Shown here: piece after piece, positions 32,796-43,069 of the stretch
Numbering within the stretch: position 1 is the first letter of the stretch
How the letters are laid out: each line of letters opens with the position of its first letter
From: Tetramitus jugosus
Lineage: Eukaryota > Protista > Heterolobosea
DNA length: 64,000 nucleotides
Assembly: GCA_937625935.1 (NCBI GenBank)
Contig: OW569374.1
Coordinates: 310,001 to 374,000, forward strand
Direction: 5' to 3'
Notes under the pieces: generated by a model
Told to the model about the DNA's origin: nothing
Seen by the model: the letters and a program-made list of their open reading frames with translations, nothing else
Databases searched by the model: none
Position numbers and translations under genes: made by a program

Positions 32796-33953
32796 TCATT
32801 TATTTGTTGAGCAGTATTTTGCGAAAATGGAATCCAGAGCAGAAATGACTCGATCTTGATCTTCCAGAGTTAAAGCAAGGCCACTTGGCACATAGAATCC
32901 CTTGCGGGCCAAGAAGGAAGCATGGGGATACTTATCCTTCTCGGATTCTTTGAACAATCCTTCCTTGATAAACACTGGCTGTTCATGGACAGGCCAAAAG
33001 AATGGTCTTGTTCCGACTCGCAAATCTGCCAGCTCTTTCATGACTTGAGATGCATCCAAGGGTATGTGATCTCTGATCACAATAGTATACACCCAGTAAA
33101 TGTTGGAAGCTCCTTCATTCTCGGGGATGGGTAGTTGAATAGACTCTGTCAAGTGAGAGAGCTTTTTGTTATAGTAATCACCAATATTTCGCTTCTTGGT
33201 GATGAATCGATCCAACTTCTCAAGTTGAGCTACTCCAACAGCTGCTTGAAGGTTACTCATTCGAAAATTCCATCCCAACTCTTCGTGAACAAATCGTGTG
33301 GCAGAGAATGCCAGATTCCTCAATAACCTGCATCTCTCTGCCAGAGCATCATCATTACATAGTACCATTCCTCCTTCGCCGGTAGTTACATGCTTATTCG
33401 GATAAAAGGAAAAGATTGAAATATCTCCAAAGGATCCACATGGTCTACCCTTGTAAAACTGACCGTGCATTTCAGCTGCATCCTCTATAATGTACAGACT
33501 ATGTTTTTTGGCGAGCATCATCACAGTATCCATGTCAACTGGCAGGCCATATGTGTGCACGACCATAATTGCTCTCGTTTTGCTTGTGATCAATTCTTCA
33601 ATCTTTCTAACATCCATATTGAATGTCTCCAAACTCGAATCAACGGGAACAATTGTCGCTCCATTGTTGTACACCGCTTGACTGCATGAGATGATACTTA
33701 AGGATGGCAGAATCACTTCATCACCTTTTCCAATTCTAAGTGCTCTCACAGCCAGCTCTAGAGCTGCAGTTCCATTACAAACAGCGACGCCATGCTTCCT
33801 TTGAGTCAATTTGGCCATTTCTTGCTCCAATTTCAAGACGAAGGGACCTTCTGAGCTGATCCAACCTGTCTCTATGCATTCTTCTAAGTACTTCTTCTCA
33901 TTTCCTTGAGTTAAATCGGGCGTATTCACGGGAATAAAATCAGAATTCGACAT
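32796..33953 (-). CDS. DegT/DnrJ/EryC1/StrS sugar aminotransferase, GDP-perosamine synthase-like
   Basis: IPVNTP..NEKKYLEECIETGWISSEGPFV, NGTAAL, VHTYG, IEDAAE, SFYPNKHVTTGEGG (PLP Lys), GWNFRMSNLQAAVG, TRPFF. Intronless. Confidence 0.92.
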   Translation of the reverse strand: MSNSDFIPVNTPDLTQGNEKKYLEECIETGWISSEGPFVLKLEQEMAKLTQRKHGVAVCNGTAALELAVRALRIGKGDEVILPSLSIISCSQAVYNNGATIVPVDSSLETFNMDVRKIEELITSKTRAIMVVHTYGLPVDMDTVMMLAKKHSLYIIEDAAEMHGQFYKGRPCGSFGDISIFSFYPNKHVTTGEGGMVLCNDDALAERCRLLRNLAFSATRFVHEELGWNFRMSNLQAAVGVAQLEKLDRFITKKRNIGDYYNKKLSHLTESIQLPIPENEGASNIYWVYTIVIRDHIPLDASQVMKELADLRVGTRPFFWPVHEQPVFIKEGLFKESEKDKYPHASFLARKGFYVPSGLALTLEDQDRVISALDSIFAKYCSTNK

Positions 33954-34074
33954 TGGTGATTACAAGCTTCTGTCTTAGTTTTGGAGGCGATTTTTCGTAG
34001 ATAATGTTTTTCTCATCGGCCAAAATTCCAACGACTAGTAGGAACTTTGGAACTCTTCCTAAGCTAAAGAAGAC

Positions 34075-34392
34075 ATGAGAACATGCACAGAATTCCAACA
34101 AGAAGAAAAAATGACAGACAAGAATAACCTTTGCCATATTGCAACTGAACCTCCTTCCGGAAGAACCGATCAGTATTCCCGAGCAGATCGACTAGATGTT
34201 TTGGAGCAGTTAACTGAGAGTATGGATACTGGTTTCATATGTATAAAATACCCCAAAAGAGTGAAGAGAACTGGCGTGTGGAAGCGAATTTTCCTCCTGT
34301 TCGTCGTTATTGTGGTTGCAGTTGTTGCGATCCTTGTACTTATTTTGGTTATTGTGGCAGCTGTTTGCAAAGGATTCAATTGCAAGAAGTGA
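34075..34392 (+). CDS. Short tail-anchored protein resembling a truncated R-SNARE (VAMP7-type C-terminus)
   Basis: RADRLDVLEQLTESM..KRVKR..WK + long TM + CKGFNC, similar to synaptobrevin/VAMP7 tails. Confidence 0.55.
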   Translation: MRTCTEFQQEEKMTDKNNLCHIATEPPSGRTDQYSRADRLDVLEQLTESMDTGFICIKYPKRVKRTGVWKRIFLLFVVIVVAVVAILVLILVIVAAVCKGFNCKK

Positions 34393-34560
34393 GAAAAAAC
34401 GATCCCACATTGTGATTCCAATAACATACAGCATCCTGGTGGTACACAACGTAGGACGTGTCGAGATCCAATCCGCGACCTTCCACCACCTAAGAAAAAT
34501 TTAAAAGGAGTTGTCATTGAATAAATTAAAAAAATCTATTTATCAGCTCTAACATTCAAA

Positions 34561-34632
34561 AGCTCACATGCACTCAATCTTATCCGGCAGTGGTCACAGA
34601 AGATTTTGATACAGATCGAGTGAATGTGAACT
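34561..34632 (-). ncRNA. Candidate structured ncRNA / pre-miRNA-like hairpin
   Basis: About 23-bp imperfect stem in intergenic DNA. G-U pairs favour the minus strand. No expression evidence. Confidence 0.3.
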
Positions 34633-34849
34633 ATTGTTTTTTGGGGTTTTTGAACTTTTTTTTTGGAAATGGAGTTGAATGTTGCTGCACATCTTCTATC
34701 CGCTGCCTGCTTTGTTTATGATCATCGAGGCATCTTAAATCTCTTCTTCCTCTTTCTTTGGAATCAATGTGGTTCCTTCGTGTCGTGTTGTGAACATTCA
34801 AAAAACATCCGAGGAACTAAGTAAAGCGAACAACTTTAATATGATTATT

Positions 34850-35146
34850 TCAGTTCCAAGAATCGATGTAGTCGGCGATATCATTCTTTCCCAGGTTTCT
34901 TGCAACGACAGAGGCAGTTCTACTGAGGTCATCTTTGGCAGTTTTGTCTGCCCCTCTCTCCAACAACGACTTTACAATGGAGAAGTGTCCGTGACGTGCA
35001 GCACTCAATAACGGGTGGTTGCCAGAGTAATCTTCGCAGTTAATATCAACTCCTGCATCCAATAATTGCTCTACTCTTTGGATATTGCCAATGGAGCAAG
35101 CGTTCAAGAGTTCATCTTCCTCTTCAGTAGTATTGTTGACCTTCAT
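34850..35146 (-). CDS. Small ankyrin-repeat protein
   Basis: LLNACSIGNIQRVEQLLDAGVDIN, PLLSAARHGHFSIVKSLLERGADK. Confidence 0.9.
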   Translation of the reverse strand: MKVNNTTEEEDELLNACSIGNIQRVEQLLDAGVDINCEDYSGNHPLLSAARHGHFSIVKSLLERGADKTAKDDLSRTASVVARNLGKNDIADYIDSWN

Positions 35147-35440
35147 TCTTGTGATCTTTTGTTGTGGTGTACTGCATCGATTGTGTCCAATCAGATCGTC
35201 CTATTTATCATATCGATATTCAACTGTTCTTGAAGTGTTCACTCCTTTACTTGTTCTTGACATGTTCACCGTTTATACCCACCACGGTCGTAGATACTGT
35301 TAAGCTCGAAATAGAAAAGCGGTCAAATGCACCACTTCAATCATTTCGAGCATCAGTTCACAAGATCAAACAACAACCACAATACAAAAAAGAAAAAACA
35401 ACAACAACAATCAACAAACACCACCTCGTCACTCGTCACA

Positions 35441-37567
35441 ATGATGGAGGATCAATCAACCACCACAAACAACAGTAGTAGTACTACGACCCCCACTACC
35501 AACACCACCACCACCAACAACAATAGCAACAATAGCAACAATCATACTACTACTATTACACTGGCCAACATTGACAAACAAAGTGCACCAGTTTATCTCA
35601 GCAAACAACAGAGAGCACTATTGGTCAAACAAGAAAAACAACGCTTAATCGAACAAAAACGACTCGAAATGGAAAAAATGCGTCAAGAACGTCAAAAAAT
35701 AATGGCTCAAAACAACAATCACAACAATAACAGTGTCAGTGGTCATTCTTCTCGTTCGAATGATCGTGAAAGCGGAGTTTCTTTAAGGCCCGAAGAATTG
35801 TCCGACTTGCAAATGGATTATTTGGGAACGAGACGATTGAAGACGAGGCATGTGAAATCATCAGAGAAGCACAAGTTTAGTTTTGATTGGAGAGCAGAGG
35901 ATGACACTTCACGTGATCTCAATCCCATCTATGACAAGAAGCATGAAGCAATGGTCATGTTTGGTAGGGGAAAAAGAGCGGGAATGGATGAGTCGGAGAG
36001 TGCCAAACAGAGGTTAGCGTATGAGGAGTTGGTTGAGCAGAGATTGAAGCGTGATCATCGACAAATGGAGTCTCAGATACAGGCATTGGCTGATCGGCGA
36101 GCATCCAACAAGAGAATGCGACTCGATGGTGCTCCGTTTGATGATAAAACTGGTGGTTCAAGTAGTAATAGAAGTAGTCGTAATAGGAGTAGTAATCGAT
36201 TGGCTCTTTCATCGAAACATTGGTCTGAAAAAACATTGGCACAAATGGACAATAGAGACTGGAGAATCTTTAGAGAGGATTTTGAGATTGGAACCAAGGG
36301 TGGTCGAGTACCGAATCCGTTGCGTAATTGGGACGAGTCGGATCTGCCGTTTGAGTTGGTGGATCGAATGAAGGAGCTGAATTTTTCAAAGCCGACACCG
36401 ATTCAGATGCAGTGCATTCCGATTGGTCTCCAGAATAGGGATTTGATTGGTCTGGCAGAGACGGGATCTGGTAAGACTTTGGCATATTTGTTGCCAATGC
36501 TTGTCTACATATCAAAATTGCCCAAAATGACACGTGAGGTTGCTGCCAATGGTCCCTATGCTCTCGTTTTGGCACCGACGAGAGAATTGGCACAGCAAAT
36601 TGAATCCGTGGCCAAAGAATTGGGAAAGTGCATGGGTATCAGAGCATTTTCAGTCGTTGGTGGTGTTGCCATCGATCACCAATTGTTTTCAATGAGAGAT
36701 GGATGTGAGATTATTATTGGAACACCTGGTCGACTGATTGAGTGTATTGAGAATCGATTCATTGTGTTGAATCAGTGTAATTATGTTGTGTTAGATGAGG
36801 CAGATCGTATGATTGATATGGATTTTGAAGAAGATTTGAATACGATTCTAGAGGCAATGCCCTCTTCGAACATTCGTCCCGAAAGTGAAGCCGAAGAAGT
36901 GGAGAAACATTATCGTCAAACAACCATGTTCAGTGCAACTATGCCTTTGGAATTGGAGCAGATTGCTTCCAAGTATTTGCGCCGAAAAGTCATTGTGACA
37001 ATCGGTGAGGTCGGCAAGGCTGTGCAATTGATTAATCAACAGGTTCAATTTGTCAAATCTGAGAACGATAAGATGTTACGATTGGTGGAGTTATTGGAAG
37101 ATTCCACACCGCCCATTATTGTGTTTGTGAATACGAAGAAGGGTGTCGATGATGTGGCAAAGTGTCTCGATAAGCGAATGGGCTTCCGTGTGACGACATT
37201 GCATGGAAGCAAGACTCAGGAGCAGAGACAAATGGCATTGGACGGATTCAAGAATGGAAAGTATGAGGTTTTAGTGGCGACAGATGTTCTCAGCAGAGGT
37301 ATTGATATACCAGGTGTGACACTTGTCGTCAACTTTGATTTGCCCAAGAAGATTTCAATCTACACGCACAGAATTGGTCGAACGGGTCGTGCTGGAAAAG
37401 CTGGTGTCGCTGTTTCATTCCTCACCAACGACGATGAAGATATCATGGCAGATTTGAAGAAGATGCTTCTCGATACGAATAATATTGTGCCAGATGAACT
37501 AATGAACCACCCTGCAGCAATAAAGGGTGGTCCAGGAGGAAAAAGAAATGATGCCATTGTAAAATAA
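35441..37567 (+). CDS. DDX23: Spliceosomal DEAD-box helicase Prp28/DDX23
   Basis: KFSFDW..EDDTS, HWSEK....M..RDWRIFREDF, AETGSGKT, PTRELA, DEAD, SAT, HRIGRTGR. Confidence 0.97.
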   Translation: MMEDQSTTTNNSSSTTTPTTNTTTTNNNSNNSNNHTTTITLANIDKQSAPVYLSKQQRALLVKQEKQRLIEQKRLEMEKMRQERQKIMAQNNNHNNNSVSGHSSRSNDRESGVSLRPEELSDLQMDYLGTRRLKTRHVKSSEKHKFSFDWRAEDDTSRDLNPIYDKKHEAMVMFGRGKRAGMDESESAKQRLAYEELVEQRLKRDHRQMESQIQALADRRASNKRMRLDGAPFDDKTGGSSSNRSSRNRSSNRLALSSKHWSEKTLAQMDNRDWRIFREDFEIGTKGGRVPNPLRNWDESDLPFELVDRMKELNFSKPTPIQMQCIPIGLQNRDLIGLAETGSGKTLAYLLPMLVYISKLPKMTREVAANGPYALVLAPTRELAQQIESVAKELGKCMGIRAFSVVGGVAIDHQLFSMRDGCEIIIGTPGRLIECIENRFIVLNQCNYVVLDEADRMIDMDFEEDLNTILEAMPSSNIRPESEAEEVEKHYRQTTMFSATMPLELEQIASKYLRRKVIVTIGEVGKAVQLINQQVQFVKSENDKMLRLVELLEDSTPPIIVFVNTKKGVDDVAKCLDKRMGFRVTTLHGSKTQEQRQMALDGFKNGKYEVLVATDVLSRGIDIPGVTLVVNFDLPKKISIYTHRIGRTGRAGKAGVAVSFLTNDDEDIMADLKKMLLDTNNIVPDELMNHPAAIKGGPGGKRNDAIVK

Positions 37568-37599
37568 AAACAAATTTATACATTGTGCACATTGCTCGA

Positions 37600-38820
37600 T
37601 TAGTAAGCTTCCAAATCGGCCACGACATATCGGATCACATCATCTCTTCTCTTGATCAAGCTGTGTCGCTTCTTGATGATATTATAGATCAAGTACATGG
37701 TTAATCCCATTCCAATGAAAACACCAATCAGAATGACAATGATCACAACAACCAACAGGATTGCAAGCAATACTCCAATTGCACCACCATCATCACTACC
37801 ACCCGAACAGTTCATGCTACCGCAGTCTAGATTAAGGCCACTACCATCACAACATCCATGACAGTCACACATGGAAGGCAAACAAGTGCAACAATCGGCA
37901 CTTGCTGCTGGATGATACGGTGAGGGATTATACGGTGCTGGATATGGCGTATAGAAATTGAACCAACAGAAATACAGTGCAAAATAGTCCCATGTAGAAT
38001 ACTGATAATGACTGTATCGACGGTAAGGATACGTATCATAAGTGTAGCTGCTACTGCCACCACCACCTTGCTCATCCGACGTTGAGAAATCACTTTGTCG
38101 AATACCGAGACACTTCATGACTGCCCAAGCAAACGCCACAAAAATACCCAATACTCCCAACAGGAAAAAAAACAGTAAAAGACCGCACAGATAATCCACT
38201 CCGAGCACAGGTGCGCCAGGTCGGAATTTTTTCATTCGCGCGCGATCAAAATCTACAAAATGTACAAACACGGCGCACAAAACAACCAACACTTGCCACA
38301 CAAAGACAATGAAGCTAATGTCCATTGAGACAAATAGGGCATACTTGAGATAGCTACATCCCACTTCAAAACGACTCCGAGATGACTCTTCATCCCTCTC
38401 CTGTTCAAACACATAGTTTGAATGACAAATGTCGCATCGATAAAATGAGTTTGGATTCGTAGAAACAGTTCTCCAAGTGTCAAGACAGTGTCTGTGAACA
38501 AATTGGATACTACCAGTGCAGGCACATGGTGCAATCAAGTCCTCTCCATCCTCTAAGCCACCTTGACAACATCTACAAATGACTTCTTCTTTCTCCGATT
38601 CGGAGAAATGTCGGTGACCATGAAAAACTCGTTTTTTAGAAGCTTGTGATGACGATGAGGATGATGATGATGAATTGTTTGTAATGATCGTGTCTGATTG
38701 AGCAAGGAGTGGTGTCATTCTCTCCATATCTATTCCGCTGCTTTGATAGCGATTCAGATTATTGTTTTGATGGTTAATCGTGCCATATTCATCAACTACA
38801 GGAGCACTTGGTTTATCCAT
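37600..38820 (-). CDS. RING-CH (MARCH-type) membrane E3 ubiquitin ligase
   Basis: CRCC..DLIAPCACTGSIQFVHRHCLDTW...CDIC (C4HC3), three TM segments, Cys-rich linker. Confidence 0.92.
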   Translation of the reverse strand: MDKPSAPVVDEYGTINHQNNNLNRYQSSGIDMERMTPLLAQSDTIITNNSSSSSSSSSQASKKRVFHGHRHFSESEKEEVICRCCQGGLEDGEDLIAPCACTGSIQFVHRHCLDTWRTVSTNPNSFYRCDICHSNYVFEQERDEESSRSRFEVGCSYLKYALFVSMDISFIVFVWQVLVVLCAVFVHFVDFDRARMKKFRPGAPVLGVDYLCGLLLFFFLLGVLGIFVAFAWAVMKCLGIRQSDFSTSDEQGGGGSSSYTYDTYPYRRYSHYQYSTWDYFALYFCWFNFYTPYPAPYNPSPYHPAASADCCTCLPSMCDCHGCCDGSGLNLDCGSMNCSGGSDDGGAIGVLLAILLVVVIIVILIGVFIGMGLTMYLIYNIIKKRHSLIKRRDDVIRYVVADLEAY

Positions 38821-39002
38821 TTTATATATAGTTTTCTGTTGTTGTTCTGTTTTGTGAAAAGTTGTTTTCGTTTGTTGGTCCTATTTTTTGTGGGATTAGG
38901 GAACTGAGAGTTCAATCGGAGAAAATACCTCTATTTTCTGATTGGAAGGCGATAAGAGGAAATTTGAACCTTCGGGGATTTGTTTGTGTGGAAAAAGCGA
39001 AA

Positions 39003-40668
39003 ATGTTGGATCACCCAAGCAAACACGTTGGAACAAAAGCTTTGAAGCGACGATGGGTGATGCTTGCATTGTTCAGTTTTGTCAGCTTTGCCAACAACAT
39101 GGTGTGGGCAACGGTATGTGTTTTTGTTGTCCAGGAGTTGTAAATTTTGATGTTTCCTTTTTGGTCTCCCATGTGTGAGTTGTTAACACGTCGTTATTTC
39201 AGTATTCTCCGGTTCAAGTCCTGGCCATGAAGTACTTTAGAGTGTCAGCAACAAGCATTAATTGGATGTCACTCATTTACATGGCAGCCTACATACCTGG
39301 CTCTCTGGTAGCCAATGTCATGCTGGATTGGTTCGGCTTGGGCAACTATGTATGAACCAATTATTGTTGTTGTAAGTGTGATCCTTGTCTCTAAACTTCT
39401 TTTCTCACAAAGTTAATAGTTGCTGCTTGTTTCAATGTCGTGGGAGGTTGGGTCAGAGTGGCTGGCTCTTATCAACCTGAATTGTTTCCATTGTTGTTTG
39501 CGGGGCAGACGTTGTGTGCTATTTGTCAGTGCTTTATCTTTAGTGCACCTAACGTTATTGCTGCTGTGTGGTTTCCGGATCAAGAACGAACATTATGTGT
39601 CTCGATTGCAATCATTCTCAATCAATTGGGATCAGCAGTATGTACTATTTTGATTGTTTCTGTTCATTTCTTTAACACATTGTTTTTAACCTTGTCGTTT
39701 AGTTGGGCTACTTGTTCTCTCCTTATCTGATCACACAAGACAACTATAGGAATTCTTTCATCTTTGTTGCAATCCTTCAGTCGATTATTGTTAGTGCGAC
39801 TGGTGTGGCTCAAATTCTTTGGTTTGAATCGAAACCTCCCATTCCTCCTTCGGCGAGTGCAATGACCAAGAACATACAAATGAAACAGGATGCCAACCGA
39901 CGAGATATGAAACAAGTGATTCTGAATCAATTGAAGGAAGCCATTCAACCACTATTGAGTATCAACTTTTGGATATTGTTGCATGCTCTGGGTACTTGCC
40001 AAGGGTATGTAAACCAACCAATTGTTCCACGGATGTCAAATTAACTAACACATAATCCATGTAGAATCTTCGGTGCTGTGGCAACCATATTGAATCAAGT
40101 GATTATACCATACGGATTCACGACTGAAGATGCAGGATGGTTTGGTTTCTGTTTAATTGCAGCGTCCTTGCCCATGGTTCTATTCTCTGGATATTTTGTT
40201 GATCGAACAAAGTGGTATAGCTTTAGTACAAAAGCCAATGCTGTCCTATTCACTGTTTCGTACTTGATATTGATTTTATCTCTGGAGGTGCCCTTTCTAC
40301 GGAAGCGACCCATCATTTATATCGCCTGTTCTCTGTTCGGTTCATTCTGCAACAGTGCACTTCCAATCTATCTAGAAACAGGTGTTGAGGTTACCTATCC
40401 AGTTCCAGAAGGTCTATCATCCTCCTATCAAATCATTGCGACCCAGCTCTATGGAGTTGTGATCACAATGTTGATGACAGCAATGTTTGAAAGCAAGCTG
40501 AAAAAGTACACTCTGTGGGCTTCTTTGGCTTTCTGTGGCCTCTCCACTATTATTACATTCTTCTTCCATGGAAGAATGAAGCGTTTGGAAATGGAAAGTA
40601 AGGTTGTAGCTGGAGAATATGGAATCCAAGAAAGAAGTTCTCTCATGACAAAAGACATCCAAGCTTAA
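39003..40668 (+). CDS. MFS transporter, FLVCR/SLC49 family, 5 exons
   Basis: RRWVML, INWMSLIY, GQTLCAI, WFPDQER, ETGVEVTYPVPEGLS. Introns 39114-39202, 39350-39412, 39638-39702 and 40005-40064 restore one frame. Confidence 0.92.
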
Positions 40669-40728
40669 GGATGTTTCAGTGTTGTATTTATAATGTAAGC
40701 ATGTGTTCTTCAATAAATGTTGTACAAT

Positions 40729-41322
40729 TTACATGAACGTCTTTACAACAAAATAATTAATAATGCCAACACTCACATTGCTCACGATCCATCCAATCTG
40801 ATGATTCAACATGAGCACCGAAGAGCACACGTAAATAACCAACGTGCTAAACACCATGGAGAAGCTATAAATTAAGTATGTCATTCCCAGCCTTGACCAG
40901 TAGGACTTTTCCTGTTTCTTGTCATAAAACACAATTCTCGCGTGCAACTCGAACTGTATCCACACGGAGAGCATGTAACCGAGGGACCAAGCAACAACGG
41001 ACCGTGTCTCTGCAGAAATGGAAGCAAAGAAAAATGGTAACAAGTAACTGTACAAGGATTCATAAAGGACATAGAAGAAGAGTGTTCCTATGAAACCAGA
41101 GATGGTGAATCGCACAAATTCATTGGCACTTGCACCGCTGGATGTGATGGAAGCTTTGTTATGGTGGAAAGCTTTTTTGCCTTGAGGGATCATTGGTTGT
41201 GTTTGTTGGTCAAATTCTGGTGCTTCTTCGTCAGTGTCTTCGTGGTCAATGCTATAACCTGCTTCTACTTCGTCGAGGTGTGAAATTGGCCGATTGTGTT
41301 GTTCGAAATGTGTGGATGACAT
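40729..41322 (-). CDS. GtrA-like four-TM membrane protein with acidic N-terminal extension
   Basis: EFVRFTISGFIGTLFFYVLY...VF...INYFVVK pattern with four hydrophobic helices, typical of GtrA/GtcA. ATG 41322. Confidence 0.7.
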   Translation of the reverse strand: MSSTHFEQHNRPISHLDEVEAGYSIDHEDTDEEAPEFDQQTQPMIPQGKKAFHHNKASITSSGASANEFVRFTISGFIGTLFFYVLYESLYSYLLPFFFASISAETRSVVAWSLGYMLSVWIQFELHARIVFYDKKQEKSYWSRLGMTYLIYSFSMVFSTLVIYVCSSVLMLNHQIGWIVSNVSVGIINYFVVKTFM

Positions 41323-41637
41323 GTTCTTTGTCCTTTGTTTTATGGCGCGAAATGAAATCGGAAGCTCACATGAGATATCGGAGAACTGAAATCTCCGCGG
41401 TGAATACAACACTTTTTATTTAGCTTTGTCAACGTTTTTGGTTGATCCATTTTTCTCTCCTTCAAAAAAGATTTATAGATTTTGTCTTTCTTGGATCAAA
41501 CAAGAAATTTTTTTTGATGATTCGCATTTGTGCGAGACAAACTGTTCACACAACACGTTATTGGATAATAATATATGTCTCAAGCAATACTTGCAAAACG
41601 AAATCATCCTCACTTACTGTTGCCGATCAAAGCTCTC

Positions 41638-42912
41638 ATGTCCAAGAGATATGAAGAAAGACCTCTATTGGACTCCAGCAGCAATGGTGGTGAACAGGAA
41701 CGATTTCCATTCATCAACAACAATCAATCATCTTCTTCCGGATATCAATTGACAGACATACCGTTGGAAGTAATACAAACTGTTCTTTGTTCCTTTCTCG
41801 GACAATCCTCTTGGTTTCGATTAGCCAGTTGTAATCACTACTTCCATCGTGCAGTACATTCTAGTGAATTCTGGAACGAGCGGAGGTTTAACTTTCCGAT
41901 ATTATCTCACGAGACGAACTACGTGAGTTTTGTTCGATACATGAGATCCTCTCATTTACATCTCACTCGGTTAGCTTTGATAGATGGGTATCACATTTCC
42001 AACGAAGCAAGGATGGACCTTCTTCAGTGGGTCTTACAGTGGCCTTCCGTAAAAAACTCACTAGTTGATCTCAAACTCTACTCGAAACATGTGCTAAGTA
42101 CGGTTCAACTGATATCTCAGCAAACTTGCCTGAAAACACTTCGTTCATTAGAGATACAGGGTGATTTTGGTGATATGAAACGAGATCGTTGGAATTGGGA
42201 TACTACTGCTCATCAGAATGACGATGATTCGACGTTCTTGGCCTTCGAGATGGGAGCCAACGAACAAGCTCTTTCTCCCAAATATTTACACCAGCTGCTA
42301 AGTCCGTTTCCAAACGTCTCTCATTTATTTTTCTTCTACGAACCTATAATCGGAGAGCATTTTCATAGCATTGTCGATATTCGATCGATGAACACTGGTC
42401 TAGTAGATTCCACTCCCATCTCCTTGGTTCCTTCGATGAAGAATGTGAAAATTAATTTGTGTGATCGAATGCATGCTTCTCAACTACTATTGCTTCTTAA
42501 TTCGTTTCCCAATATGACTCACTTCTCGTGCAATTGTGGAATTCGAAGAGTCGTTGAACTTAGGCCGAACAGCGTCGTTCCATTCTGTAATGAAATTGAT
42601 TTTGAGATGAGATATGCAGAGATGGGTCTCGTGGCCTGGGTGTTTCTAGTGCTCGTTCTACCGAATGCGAGGGTCCTTGTTGAGCGAAGTCGGCTCAGTC
42701 GACCTTACGGCAATCAACTAATACCACTCAATGAATGTATCCAATATGTATTGACGATTGTTAGAGTCGAAGGACCATATCTGAATGATTTAAACATTCT
42801 CATGGATTATTGTGATCGAACTCAAGTTGATTTCAAGAACATTGAGCTACCAGAGGGCAATACTTATTATCGATGGGTGCGTGCCTTGTCAAAATTGAAG
42901 GTTTTTGTTTAG
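41638..42912 (+). CDS. F-box / LRR-like protein
   Basis: LTDIPLEVIQTVLCSFL...FRLASCNHYF...SSEFW, followed by LRR-like LTRLAL, LVDLKL, LRSLEI, FPNVSHL, FPNMTHF. Start 41638 or 41575. Confidence 0.75.
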   Translation: MSKRYEERPLLDSSSNGGEQERFPFINNNQSSSSGYQLTDIPLEVIQTVLCSFLGQSSWFRLASCNHYFHRAVHSSEFWNERRFNFPILSHETNYVSFVRYMRSSHLHLTRLALIDGYHISNEARMDLLQWVLQWPSVKNSLVDLKLYSKHVLSTVQLISQQTCLKTLRSLEIQGDFGDMKRDRWNWDTTAHQNDDDSTFLAFEMGANEQALSPKYLHQLLSPFPNVSHLFFFYEPIIGEHFHSIVDIRSMNTGLVDSTPISLVPSMKNVKINLCDRMHASQLLLLLNSFPNMTHFSCNCGIRRVVELRPNSVVPFCNEIDFEMRYAEMGLVAWVFLVLVLPNARVLVERSRLSRPYGNQLIPLNECIQYVLTIVRVEGPYLNDLNILMDYCDRTQVDFKNIELPEGNTYYRWVRALSKLKVFV

Positions 42913-43069
42913 AAGCAACGGAGAGAGTCAGGCTTGACTAGATTAGAGATGAAGAAAATAGTTCTATTAACTCATTTTACGATTCTCCCATTTCTTGGGA
43001 TCTCTTGTGATACCCGGTAATCATCATCCCCAAACAAAGACACCAAAATGTTAATCGAACAATTGTAAT

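Noticed and set aside
34390-34524. TGA followed by 44 open codons and a downstream hairpin, suggesting selenocysteine or readthrough
   Set aside because: The protein ends naturally like VAMP7 tails (CKGFNCKK), and the hairpin lacks the SECIS AUGA/GA core and apical AA.
5736-41322. A physically clustered glycan-biosynthesis locus (GT-like, DegT, GtrA-like)
   Set aside because: The genes are 7-25 kb apart and separated by unrelated housekeeping genes; any link is functional speculation, not a cluster.
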